A stretch of 64,000 nt of DNA from Candidatus Aminicenantes bacterium. Its GTDB lineage: Bacteria > Acidobacteriota > Aminicenantia > Aminicenantales > Saccharicenantaceae. Shown piece by piece: positions 19,632 to 28,665 of the stretch. The position numbers were made by a program, and so were the translations under genes. The notes beneath the pieces were generated by a model that saw nothing but the letters and a program-made list of their open reading frames with translations, had not been told where the DNA came from and ran no database searches. The stretch is from positions 149,655 through 213,654 of the forward strand of contig CAVULT010000030.1 of NCBI GenBank assembly GCA_963742235.1, in the 5' to 3' direction. Every line of letters begins with the position of its first letter. The stretch's first letter is position 1.

Positions 19632-19684
19632 GAAATCGGGGACACGATACGAATTCCAGAGAATTCGTTCATGTCCCCGATTTC
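19632..19684. repeat. Long variant of the GGGGACA...TGTCCCC palindromic element
   Basis: GAAATCGGGGACACGATACGAATTCCAGAGAATTCGTTCATGTCCCCGATTTC. It has 13-nt perfect inverted termini (GAAATCGGGGACA / TGTCCCCGATTTC) and an inner ACGAATTC/GAATTCGT stem. Confidence 0.8.
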
Positions 19685-19762
19685 TTTTCCATCAAGACCT
19701 TTGATTGACCCCTAGCCAACCCTGTGATAATTAGGAGGAACCGATTCCGCAGGAGGTTCCTC

Positions 19763-22444
19763 ATGACCCCGTCTCGTCGCTTTGACCAGAGGATCCGTCT
19801 TTGCCTTGGCCTCGCGGCCCTCGCCGTGATCTCGGTTTTGGCCGTGGCCCCGCCGGCCCAAGCGGCCGAGACCGCCGGGCCGGCCGCGCCGACGTCCTTG
19901 CGTTGCGAGTACCTCGTCAATCCCATGGGCATCGACATGGCCAAGCCGCGCTTCTTCTGGGTCGTTGGGCACCCGGAGCGGGGCCAGGCGCAATCGGCCT
20001 ACCAGGTCGTCGTCTCGACCGATCCCAAGGCCGCAGCGGGCGATGTCTGGGACAGCGGCAAGGTCGCCTCCTCCAAGTCCGCGCAGGTCGCTTTCGCCGG
20101 GAAGGCGCTCGAGAGCGGCAAGTCCTATTTCTGGAAAGTCCGCGCCTGGGACCGGGACGGCCGCGAGAGCGCCTGGAGCGCCGTGGCGCGTTTCGACGCC
20201 GGACTTCTCGGCAAAAGCGACTGGAAAGGCGTCTGGATCGGCAAGAAAAACCAGCTCCGCAAGGAGTTCAGCCTCGCGGGCCGGGTCAAGCGGGCCCGGG
20301 CCTACATCGCCGGCCTCGGATATTACGAGCTTCGGTTGAACGGCCGCAAGGCGGGAAATCACGTCCTCGACCCGGCCTGGACGACCTATGACAAGCGTGT
20401 CCTCTACGCGACTTACGACGTGACGTCCTTTCTCCGCGAAGGCCCCAATGCCGTCGCCGTGACCCTCGGCAACGGCTGGTACAAGTCGCGGGCCCTCCTC
20501 CTCCAGCTCGACATCGAGCTCGAGGATGGGACGGCCGCGAGTGTCGTCAGCGACATATCCTGGAAGACCGCCGACGGGCCGATCTTCGAGGACAGCATCT
20601 ACGACGGGGAATCCTACGACGCCCAGCGCGAAACGGCCGGCTGGGAACGCGCCGGATTCGACGACAAGGATTGGCCCGCCGCCGAGGCCGTCAAGGGCCC
20701 GGCCGGCGTCCTTTCGGCCCAGCTCATGCCGGCCATCCAGGTCGTCGACACCATCGTGCCGCTCAAGATGACCAGCCCCCTGCCCGGCGTCTACGTTTTC
20801 GACATGGGCCAGAACTTCAGCGGCTGGGCGCGCCTCCGCGTCGAGGGACCGCGCGGCACGGACGTCCGGCTCCGCTTCGCCGAGCTCCTCTACGAGAACG
20901 GCACGCTCAACCAGGAGAACCTGCGCGCGGCCCGGGCCGAGGACCACTACATCCTCAAGGGCGAGGGCGAGGAGATCTGGGAGCCGCGCTTCACCTATCA
21001 CGGCTTCCGCTACGTCGAGGTCTCGGGGTTTCCGGGAACGCCCAAGCTCGACAGCCTCCGCGGCCGGGTCGTCCATTCCGCGGTCGAGCCCATCGGCAGC
21101 TTCGCCGCTTCCAAGGACATCCTCAACGGCCTCCAGCGCATCATCACCTGGGGCCAGAAGACCAACCTCCACAGCATCCCGACCGACTGCGACCAGCGCG
21201 ACGAGCGCATGGGCTGGATGGGCGACGCCCAGGGCACGGCCGAGGAAGCCATCATGAACTTCGACATGGCCGCCTTCTACACGAACTTCGTCCGCGACAT
21301 CCGCGACGTCCAGGACGAGAAGGGCCGGATCACGGACACGGTGCCCTTCATCTGGGGCTCGCGGCCGGCCGACCCGGCCTGGGGCACGGCCTATCCCCTG
21401 ATCTGCTGGTACATGTATCAGTATTACGGCGACGCCCGCATCCTCGAGGAACACTACGACGGGCTCAAGAAATATGTCGACTTCCTGAAGAGCACGGCCG
21501 AGGGCGGCATCCTCAAGTGGAGCTCTTACGGGGACTGGGTGGCCGTCGAGAAGTGCCCGGGGTCGATCGTCTCGTCGTTCTATTATTATTACGACGTCAA
21601 AGTCCTGGCCGACACGGCCCGCGTCCTCGGCAAGACCGCGGACGCGGCGCTCTACGACAAGCTTGCCGCCGACATCCGCGCCGCCTTCAACCGGGAGTTC
21701 TACGATCCCAGGACGGGCGACTACGCCGACGGGACCCAGACGGCCAACACCCTGGCGCTCTTCCTCGATCTCCCCACCGAGAAGCAGGGCGGCGCCTGGG
21801 GCCGCCTCTTCGACGACATCGTTTACAAACACAACTCGCACCTGACGACGGGCATCGTCGGCACCAAGTACATCATGGAGCTCCTGACCCGGAGCGGCGC
21901 GTCCGACCTGGCCTATGATATCGCCGTCAAGACCGACTACCCGAGCTGGGGCTACATGATCGCCAACGGCGCGACAACCCTCTGGGAGCTGTGGCAGAAG
22001 CGCGACGGGCCGTCAATGAACTCGCACAACCACCCCATGTTCGGGAGCGTCGGCGCCTGGCTCTACAAGGCCCTGGCCGGGATCAACCTGGCGCCGGGGA
22101 CGACGGGCTTCGAGAAGGTCCTCATCGCGCCGCAAATGGTGCGGGACCTGACGCACGCCTCGGGTTCGACCATGACCGTGCGCGGCGAAGTCGCTTGCGC
22201 CTGGTCGCGGACGGAGCGGTCCGTCCGGGTCGAGGTCACGATCCCATTCGGCTCGGAAGCCGAGGTCGTCATCCCCAAGCTCAATATCCGCGACATCAAG
22301 ATCACTGAGGGAGGCCAGACGATCTGGGCGGGGGACACATACGTCGCCGGAGTCGCCGGGGTCACCGGAGCGGTCGACAAGGACGGCGCGATCCGCATCC
22401 AAACGGGCGGCGGCCGCTATATCTTCATACTGGAAGGCAATTGA
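19763..22444 (+). CDS. Alpha-L-rhamnosidase (GH78)
   Basis: Signal peptide, then LRCEYLVNPMGID...PRFFWVV...QSAYQVVVS...VWDSGKV...YFWKVRAWD and DQRDERMGWMGD. I recognise this as the classic GH78 N-terminal and catalytic-domain signature. An alternative start exists at 19724. Confidence 0.9.
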   Translation: MTPSRRFDQRIRLCLGLAALAVISVLAVAPPAQAAETAGPAAPTSLRCEYLVNPMGIDMAKPRFFWVVGHPERGQAQSAYQVVVSTDPKAAAGDVWDSGKVASSKSAQVAFAGKALESGKSYFWKVRAWDRDGRESAWSAVARFDAGLLGKSDWKGVWIGKKNQLRKEFSLAGRVKRARAYIAGLGYYELRLNGRKAGNHVLDPAWTTYDKRVLYATYDVTSFLREGPNAVAVTLGNGWYKSRALLLQLDIELEDGTAASVVSDISWKTADGPIFEDSIYDGESYDAQRETAGWERAGFDDKDWPAAEAVKGPAGVLSAQLMPAIQVVDTIVPLKMTSPLPGVYVFDMGQNFSGWARLRVEGPRGTDVRLRFAELLYENGTLNQENLRAARAEDHYILKGEGEEIWEPRFTYHGFRYVEVSGFPGTPKLDSLRGRVVHSAVEPIGSFAASKDILNGLQRIITWGQKTNLHSIPTDCDQRDERMGWMGDAQGTAEEAIMNFDMAAFYTNFVRDIRDVQDEKGRITDTVPFIWGSRPADPAWGTAYPLICWYMYQYYGDARILEEHYDGLKKYVDFLKSTAEGGILKWSSYGDWVAVEKCPGSIVSSFYYYYDVKVLADTARVLGKTADAALYDKLAADIRAAFNREFYDPRTGDYADGTQTANTLALFLDLPTEKQGGAWGRLFDDIVYKHNSHLTTGIVGTKYIMELLTRSGASDLAYDIAVKTDYPSWGYMIANGATTLWELWQKRDGPSMNSHNHPMFGSVGAWLYKALAGINLAPGTTGFEKVLIAPQMVRDLTHASGSTMTVRGEVACAWSRTERSVRVEVTIPFGSEAEVVIPKLNIRDIKITEGGQTIWAGDTYVAGVAGVTGAVDKDGAIRIQTGGGRYIFILEGN

Positions 22445-22464
22445 CGGCGATCAGGAGGTGACAG

Positions 22465-22977
22465 ATGAAGTTCCAGGAACTGATAAAGAAGCGCTACAGC
22501 GTCCGGGCCTACAAGCCGGACGCCGTCGAGGACGACAAGCTCGCCCGGGTGCTCGAGGCGGCCCGCATCGCCCCCACGGCCGCCAACCGGCAGGCTTTCC
22601 GGGTCATCGTGATCCGGACCGAAGACCGCAAATCGGACCTGCGGCGCATCTACGGCCGGGACTGGTTCGTCCAGACCCCGCTCGTCCTGTGCGTCTGCGC
22701 CGTCCCTTCCGAGGCCTGGGTCCGGAAGGCCGACGGCTGGAACGCCGCCGAGGTCGACGCGACGATCGTCATGAGTCACATCGTCCTCGCGGCGGCCGCG
22801 GAAGGGCTGGGCACGTGCTGGATCGCCGCCTTCGATCCCGCCGCGGCCCGCGAGGTCCTTGGAATCCCCCTGGAGGTCATTCCCTCGGCCTTCACGCCGC
22901 TCGGCTACGCGGCCGATTCCGCCTTGCCCAAGAAACGCCGGCCGATCGTCGAGATCGTCCGTCGCGACCGCTGGTAG
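22465..22977 (+). CDS. Nitroreductase family protein
   Basis: AGGAGG RBS. The translation reads MKFQELIKKRYSVRAYKPD...LEAARIAPTAANRQAFR...GLGTCWI. Confidence 0.85.
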   Translation: MKFQELIKKRYSVRAYKPDAVEDDKLARVLEAARIAPTAANRQAFRVIVIRTEDRKSDLRRIYGRDWFVQTPLVLCVCAVPSEAWVRKADGWNAAEVDATIVMSHIVLAAAAEGLGTCWIAAFDPAAAREVLGIPLEVIPSAFTPLGYAADSALPKKRRPIVEIVRRDRW

Positions 22978-23027
22978 CCGCCTCCCGCCTGTCGCTCGGG
23001 AAATTTCAAAATATTTTCGCCAAACAC

Positions 23028-23058
23028 TTGACTCTGACGTTACGTCATAGCGCACAAT
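23028..23058 (+). promoter_or_regulatory. MerR-type promoter with a palindromic operator in a 19-bp spacer
   Basis: TTGACT (23028-23033), a 19-nt spacer, then CACAAT (23053-23058). The spacer contains the perfect palindrome TGACGT-T-ACGTCA (23035-23047). It lies directly upstream of the MerR-family gene. Confidence 0.55.
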
Positions 23059-23076
23059 GGAGGCGTGGATAAGGTC

Positions 23077-23829
23077 ATGAAGAACGGCTATCTCGTCCGG
23101 GAGTTCGCCAAGCTGACGCGGGTGACGGTCCGCACGCTCCACTACTACGACCAGATCGGGCTGCTCGAGCCGAGCTTCGAGCGGCCGAACGGCTACCGGG
23201 TCTACACCGACGCCGACCTGCTCCGGCTCCAGCAGATCGTCACCCTGAAGTTCATGGGCTTCTCTCTCGACGAGATCCGCCGCCTCCTCGACAGCAAGGG
23301 CTACGAGGCCGTGAAATCCCTCAAGGTCCAGGCTGAAGCGGTCAAGGACGAGATCGCCCGGCTGCGCGAGGCCTCGCGGGCCATCGAACAGGTCCTCCTC
23401 CGTCTCGAGAAGGACGGCCGCATCCACAAGGAAAAACTCATCAAAATCATGGAGGTCATTCAAATGGGCGAAGACGTCAAGAAAGGCTGGCACGAGAAGT
23501 TCTTCTCCGAGGCGGACCTCAAGAAGTTCGCCGAGGTCGGCAAGAACTACTCGCCGGAAGCGATGACCGCCTACCAGAACCGCTGGGCGGCGCTCATCGA
23601 CGAGGTCAAGAAGAACGTCGGGCTCGACCCGGCGAGCGAGAAGGCCCAGGACCTGGGCCGGCGCTGGACGGCGCTTTTCAACGAGGCCTACGGCGGCCAC
23701 CCGGAGCTCAAAACCAAGATCGCCCAGGCCTACAGCGCCGGCGCGATCCCGAAGGAAAACAACATGATCGCTCCGGAGGTCTGGGACTTCATCAAGAAAG
23801 TCCACGCAGCGGCCGAACAGAAGCGCTGA
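23077..23829 (+). CDS. MerR family regulator with a TipAS-like C-terminal effector domain
   Basis: The N-terminus YLVREFAKLTRVTVRTLHYYDQIGLLEP...YRVYTDADLLRLQQI is a MerR HTH. A coiled-coil follows, then a roughly 110-aa helical C-terminal domain as in TipA/Mta-type regulators. An alternative GTG start exists at 23065. Confidence 0.8.
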   Translation: MKNGYLVREFAKLTRVTVRTLHYYDQIGLLEPSFERPNGYRVYTDADLLRLQQIVTLKFMGFSLDEIRRLLDSKGYEAVKSLKVQAEAVKDEIARLREASRAIEQVLLRLEKDGRIHKEKLIKIMEVIQMGEDVKKGWHEKFFSEADLKKFAEVGKNYSPEAMTAYQNRWAALIDEVKKNVGLDPASEKAQDLGRRWTALFNEAYGGHPELKTKIAQAYSAGAIPKENNMIAPEVWDFIKKVHAAAEQKR

Positions 23830-23854
23830 TCGACTGAAACCCAACTCGACTTCG

Positions 23855-23890
23855 AGCGGCGGGGGGACCTCCCCCCGCCGCTTTACTTTG
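23855..23890 (+). terminator. Rho-independent terminator
   Basis: The GC-rich hairpin GCGGCGGGGGG-ACCT-CCCCCCGCCGC is followed by TTTACTTTG, 26 nt after the MerR-family stop codon. Confidence 0.7.
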
Positions 23891-23978
23891 CCCGGCCATA
23901 GACTTATCATATTATCCTTCAGCCATCGGCAGGCGTTCTTCGACTTAAAGTCTATGTTTTGAATTGGGAGGATAAACC

Positions 23979-24917
23979 ATGAGAGTATCCCAGACGTCAT
24001 GTGCGCGGCTGGCGCGGCTCGCTCTGGTCGCGGGCGCCGCGGCCGTTCTGATCTTGACGGTCAGCGCGGCTCAAACGCAGGCCCGGCCCGCGCCCGAAGC
24101 TCCGGCCGCCGTCGCCGCCCGGGCGATCCCCGCGGCCGCTCCCGCCTCGGCCGTCCTCGAGTACAAGATGCCGACCGGACGCGCCCTGACCTATCAGGTC
24201 AAGTCCGAGCAGTCGCAGGTCATGGATATCCAGGGCCAGTCGATGGATACGCAAACGACGGGCACGAGCACCTTCACCTTCAAGGCGAAGGGCCTCAAGG
24301 ACAAGGACCTCCTCCTGGGTGTGACGATCGACGACATGGCCATGACGGTGACCAACACCGCCCAGGGCGACATGTCCCCTGATATGGCTGCGGTCAAGGG
24401 AAAGTCCTTCGATATGGTCCTCTCCCCTCTCGGATCTGAAGTGGACGTCTCCGGCGCCGAAGCCATCACCTTCGATATGGCCGGCGATACGCGCAATCTC
24501 TCCTCCAGCTTCAAGATGTTCTTCCCCGACCTGCCGGGGAAGCCGGTCAAGGTCGGGGACACCTGGCCATCGAGCGGCGGGACCGAAGAAAAGTCGAGCT
24601 CGATGGACGTCCGGATCGACCTCCAGAACGTCAACACTCTCGAGGGCTTCGAAACCGTCGACGGGATGGAATGCGCCCGGATCTCCTCGCAGGTCACCGG
24701 GACCATCACCGGCACCGGGAACCAGGGCGGCGCTGACCTGACCTTCTCGGGGACCAGCAAGGGCAAGGACGTCTGGTACTTCGCGGTCAAGGAAGGGATC
24801 TACGTCAAGATGACTTCCGAGTCCACGACCCAGATGTCCGTCGACGTGCCCGTCGCGGGACAGACCATCCCGGTGACCCAGACGGACAAAAGCGAGGTCA
24901 AGCTGACGAGCCATTGA
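23979..24917 (+). CDS. Secreted hypothetical protein
   Basis: GGGAGG RBS and a signal peptide ending AAQTQA. The coding-like composition is T/S/G/D-rich and looks beta-rich. I recognise no family. Confidence 0.6.
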   Translation: MRVSQTSCARLARLALVAGAAAVLILTVSAAQTQARPAPEAPAAVAARAIPAAAPASAVLEYKMPTGRALTYQVKSEQSQVMDIQGQSMDTQTTGTSTFTFKAKGLKDKDLLLGVTIDDMAMTVTNTAQGDMSPDMAAVKGKSFDMVLSPLGSEVDVSGAEAITFDMAGDTRNLSSSFKMFFPDLPGKPVKVGDTWPSSGGTEEKSSSMDVRIDLQNVNTLEGFETVDGMECARISSQVTGTITGTGNQGGADLTFSGTSKGKDVWYFAVKEGIYVKMTSESTTQMSVDVPVAGQTIPVTQTDKSEVKLTSH

Positions 24918-24984
24918 GCGGGACCCTCGAAGCACGCCCCGCGGAAGGCCGGGAGCAAGGCCGGCCTCTGAGTCCGGAGGGCCC

Positions 24985-25521
24985 ATGACATCCGAAGACG
25001 TCGCGCAGGCGCGGGCTGCCGCCGCGGCCCTGCTCAAAAAGGCCCGGGTCGCCGTCACCCGGAACGAGCTCGAGAGCATGGACATCGCCGACCTCGGCCT
25101 CGGCGATATCAAGCGCCTGGGGCTCGAGGTCATCGTCTACGAGAACAACGACCGCTATTGCGCCAAGGAGATCGTCCTCCTGCCCCGCCAGATCTGCCCG
25201 GAGCACCGCCACCCGCGCGTCAACGGCCGGAATCCGGGCAAGAAGGAGACTTTCCGGTGCCGCTACGGGGAGGTCTACCTCTATGTCGCCGGCGAGCCCA
25301 CGGCCAAGCCGATGGCCCGCGTGCCGCGGAAATACAGGTCGTTCCTGACCGTCCGGCGCGAGATCGTGCTCCGGCCCGGCGACCAGTACACGCTGCCGCC
25401 GGACTCCCTCCACTGGTTCCAGGCCGGCGACAAGGGGGCCGTCATTTCGGAGTTTTCGTCGACGAGCACGGACGAGAACGATGTCTTCTCCGACCCCCGC
25501 GTCCGCCGGGTCGGGAGCTAG
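24985..25521 (+). CDS. D-lyxose/D-mannose ketol-isomerase-like cupin
   Basis: RYCAKEIVLLPRQICPEHRHP...GKKETFRCRYGEVYLYV...HWFQAG matches the metal-binding cupin pattern I associate with the D-lyxose isomerase family. Confidence 0.7.
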   Translation: MTSEDVAQARAAAAALLKKARVAVTRNELESMDIADLGLGDIKRLGLEVIVYENNDRYCAKEIVLLPRQICPEHRHPRVNGRNPGKKETFRCRYGEVYLYVAGEPTAKPMARVPRKYRSFLTVRREIVLRPGDQYTLPPDSLHWFQAGDKGAVISEFSSTSTDENDVFSDPRVRRVGS

Positions 25522-26696
25522 GACCGCGCCTCCCGTGATCGAGATCGGCGTTCCGGTCGAGGAGCTGGCCGCGCGCCGCGAGCGCGTCGAAAAGACCCGG
25601 CGCTTCGAGCGTCCCGATCGCATCGCCGTCATCCCGGCCGTCGCCCATCGCTACCTCGTTCCCAGGATCGGGGTGCGCTTCCGCGATTATTACGGCGATC
25701 CGGAGACCATGCTCCGGACGCAGATCCTGGCCCAGAAGTGGCTCCTCGAGAATATCCGCACGGACGCGTATTCGATCACCGGGCCCTGGGTCGGCGCCTG
25801 GACCGACTTCCAGAACACGTTCGAATCGGGCAGCCTCGGCGTCGAGATCGTTTTCCCCGAGGACGACATCCCCTGGACCGGACGCGGCTGGGTGACCGGC
25901 GACGCCGACCTCCGGCGTCTCGAGGCGATGGACTTCATCCACGACGGGATCAACGCGAAACAGATCGCCTACCGCGAGGCGATGAGGAACGTGGCCGCGA
26001 AATATCCCGTCCGCTTCCTGGGCGGACCGGTCTTCTACCCGGGCGAGAACCCGGCCCTGACGCACACGTCCGACGGTCCGTTCGGCGTCGCCGGCGACCT
26101 CATGGGCAAGACGGAGATCTTCATCGCGGTCAAGGAGCGGCCGGATTTCGTCCGGGAGCTCCTCCGCATCGTCACGGACAAGCTCATCGAGTATCTCGAC
26201 TTTTGTTGGGCGGAGGAGGGGCTCCCCTCGCCCAAGGACTTCGCCTGGACGGACGACCTGGCCGTCTCGCTCTCGGCCGCGACCTTCCGCGAGGTCGTGC
26301 TGCCGTCCGAGAAGCGGCTGCGCTTCCACTTCGACGGCCGGACGAGCCTCCACATGTGCGGCAAGAGCGACCACCTGCTCGAGATCTTCCGCGACGACCT
26401 GGCCATCCACGAGCTCCAGGGCTTCGGCTACGAGGTCGACCTCGACCGGATCGGCCGAGGCCATGGGCGGACGGGTCGTTCTCATCGGCAATGTCAACCC
26501 GATGCTCATCCACGCCGGCACGCCGGACGAGGTGCGTGGCGCGACGCGGCGGGTCATCGAGAAGCTCGGGCCGCGCGGCGGGCTGATCATCCAGGACGGC
26601 AACAACATCCCGCCGGGATCGCCGCTGGCCAACATCAACGCCATGATGGAAGGCGGCCGAATGATGGAAACGGCCGAGGCGTGGGGAAGGGCGTGA
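25481..26696 (+). pseudogene. Uroporphyrinogen-decarboxylase (URO-D)-fold family protein; apparent +1 frameshift
   Basis: The N-terminal 320 codons (ORF 25481-26719) are coding-like up to ...GFGYEVDLDRIG. The homologous C-terminus (AEAMGGRVVLIGNVNP...GGLIIQDGNNIPPGSPLANI) is in ORF 26463-26696, one frame over. The switch is at ATCGGCCGAGG, near 26453. The start is uncertain because it overlaps the previous gene by 41 nt. Confidence 0.7.
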
Positions 26697-26724
26697 GGGG
26701 GGCGGGGCCCGGAGGCTGATGCCG

Positions 26725-27771
26725 TCACTCGGCCGCGGCCTCGGCCATGGCGGCCACGTTGCGCGGCGGGACGTCGGGCAGGATCGCTTCGTGGCTGGGG
26801 CTGACGATGAGATGCGGTCCCAGGACGGCCTTGACCCGCCGGACCTCGGCCTTGACCTCCTCGGGCGAGCCGAGGGGAAGGATGCGCTGGGTGTCGACCC
26901 CTCCGAGGAAGGCGATCTTTCCGCCGAAATCCCGGGCCAGCGTCTCGGCGTCCATGTGCGCGGCCTTGGCCTGGAGCGGGTGGAGGCAGTTGACGCCCGA
27001 GGCGATGAGCTTGGGGATGACCCGGTGGATCGAGCCGCAGGAGTGGAGCACGACCTGGTAGCCGCGCCGGTGGGCCTGCCCGGTGAGCTTCTGGAACCAG
27101 GGCAGGATGAAGCGGTCGAAGAGCGCCGGGCTGATCATCAGGTCGAGCTGGGTGCCGAAGTCGTTGCCGAAGAAAAGGGCGTCGATGCGGTCCCCGGCGG
27201 CGTCGAAGAAGCGCTCGTTGGCCTGGTAATAGAAGCCGCAGACCCGGTCCGTGGCCGCTTCGACGACCTCGGGGTTGGTCCGCATCTTGACGAAATAGGC
27301 CTCCATGCCGAAGAAGTCCATGAGGTCGTGGAAGAAGGGCGTCCAGAATCCGGAGGCGCGGTAGTGGGGGCCGGCCGCGTCGAGGGCGCGCAGCGTCTCC
27401 GAAAAATCGAGGATGGCCGGGTCGGGCCAATCGAAGCGCTCGAGCTCGGAGGGGTCTTCGACCTCGGCCAGGGGGCCCGCCTGGCCGTGACTCGCCTTGC
27501 CGGCGGCCCAGTTCCAGCTGAAGATCCCCTTCGAGGCCGGGGTCGGGAAGGTCGTCTCGGCGAAGCTCGGCGAGATCCAGCGATAGTCGTCGCCGAGCTT
27601 GCGGCGGAGCTCCTCCTCGGTCGTCGTCCCGAAATAACGGTGAAGGCCCGGCCAGCTGTCGGCGTGGGGATTGCCGAGCCAGAGCCCGCAGCGCGGGGCC
27701 GGCTTGAGCCCGATGATGGCCTTGAGGACCTCACGGCTGGTCATATCACTTCCGGCGTTCGTCGATGGCAT
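26725..27771 (-). CDS. Uroporphyrinogen-decarboxylase (URO-D)-fold family protein
   Basis: 348-aa ORF with FFGNDFGTQ, VVLHSCGSI, LHPLQ and LIVSPSHEAILPDVP segments, typical of URO-D/MtaA-like TIM-barrel proteins. Confidence 0.7.
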   Translation of the reverse strand: MPSTNAGSDMTSREVLKAIIGLKPAPRCGLWLGNPHADSWPGLHRYFGTTTEEELRRKLGDDYRWISPSFAETTFPTPASKGIFSWNWAAGKASHGQAGPLAEVEDPSELERFDWPDPAILDFSETLRALDAAGPHYRASGFWTPFFHDLMDFFGMEAYFVKMRTNPEVVEAATDRVCGFYYQANERFFDAAGDRIDALFFGNDFGTQLDLMISPALFDRFILPWFQKLTGQAHRRGYQVVLHSCGSIHRVIPKLIASGVNCLHPLQAKAAHMDAETLARDFGGKIAFLGGVDTQRILPLGSPEEVKAEVRRVKAVLGPHLIVSPSHEAILPDVPPRNVAAMAEAAAE

Positions 27772-27879
27772 GGCCCGCTGAACCTCTCCAATTATTAGAG
27801 GAATCCGGAATCCCGGTCAAGTGCCGCCCCTTTTAAAATCCTAGAATTTCAGTAAGATGGGCCGAGGAAAGGAGACCGT

Positions 27880-28665
27880 ATGCGAAACCATCCCAAAAGA
27901 TCGGTGCTGCTCCTTGCCGGTTTGGCACTGGGCGCCTTCACGGCCGGCCATGCGTCCAGGGCTGAAAGCCCGTCGATGACCAAGCCGACCTACCTTTATA
28001 GAACGACTTTCGTGCGGGCCGCGCCGGGCAAGCTGCCGGACCTCATTGAGCTCTATAAAGGGCGGATGGCGGTCATCGAAGCGGCGGGCGATGCACGTCC
28101 CTTGTGGTGGCGGCACACCCAGGGCGACCAATGGGACCTCATGCTCCTCACGCCGATGGGAAGCTACGCCGAGTATTATGCGAAAGCGCGGCTGGCGCGA
28201 CGAGACAAGGCCGCGGCGGCGGCGGGAATCTCCGCTGGAGATTTCGCCCGCGGGCTCGAGGCGTGCTCGTCCTGGAAAGAAGATCTCTTTGTCTTTGGAC
28301 CGCCGCTCGAGACCGTGAAAAAGACCTTCGAAGGCACGGGTTACTACCACATCGAGATCTTCATCTCGCTTCCGGGAAAAGAGGAGGAGCTCTACAAGGA
28401 GCGCGAGATGGAGAACGTCTACGCGGTCGCGTCAGGGCGGCCTTCTAACATGATCTTCGTCCGCGACCAGGGCGCCTCGTGGGACCTGTTCACGCTCGGG
28501 TGTTACCGCGACCTCCAACATTGGGCGGGGTCGAGCGGCTTGACCAAGGAGCAACGGGACGCGGCGGCCCGGAAGGCCGGGTTCAAGAGCGCCGACGACA
28601 TCGGACCCTACATGAGGACGCTCATCGACATGCACCGCGACACGATGGGCGTAGCGGTCAAATAG
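27880..28665 (+). CDS. Secreted hypothetical protein
   Basis: AAAGGAG RBS and a signal peptide (LLLAGLALGAFTAGHASRA). The composition is coding-like. No family recognised. Confidence 0.6.
   Translation: MRNHPKRSVLLLAGLALGAFTAGHASRAESPSMTKPTYLYRTTFVRAAPGKLPDLIELYKGRMAVIEAAGDARPLWWRHTQGDQWDLMLLTPMGSYAEYYAKARLARRDKAAAAAGISAGDFARGLEACSSWKEDLFVFGPPLETVKKTFEGTGYYHIEIFISLPGKEEELYKEREMENVYAVASGRPSNMIFVRDQGASWDLFTLGCYRDLQHWAGSSGLTKEQRDAAARKAGFKSADDIGPYMRTLIDMHRDTMGVAVK

Noticed and set aside
19712-21841. 709-aa ORF on the - strand, plus several 100-415-aa + strand alternates
   Set aside because: All overlap the GH78 rhamnosidase ORF, whose translation carries unmistakable family signatures. The alternates are low complexity.
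25442-27430. 662-aa ORF on the - strand
   Set aside because: It is antisense or overlapping to the two URO-D-like genes. The composition is Arg/Pro/Gly-rich with no motifs. A high-GC shadow ORF.
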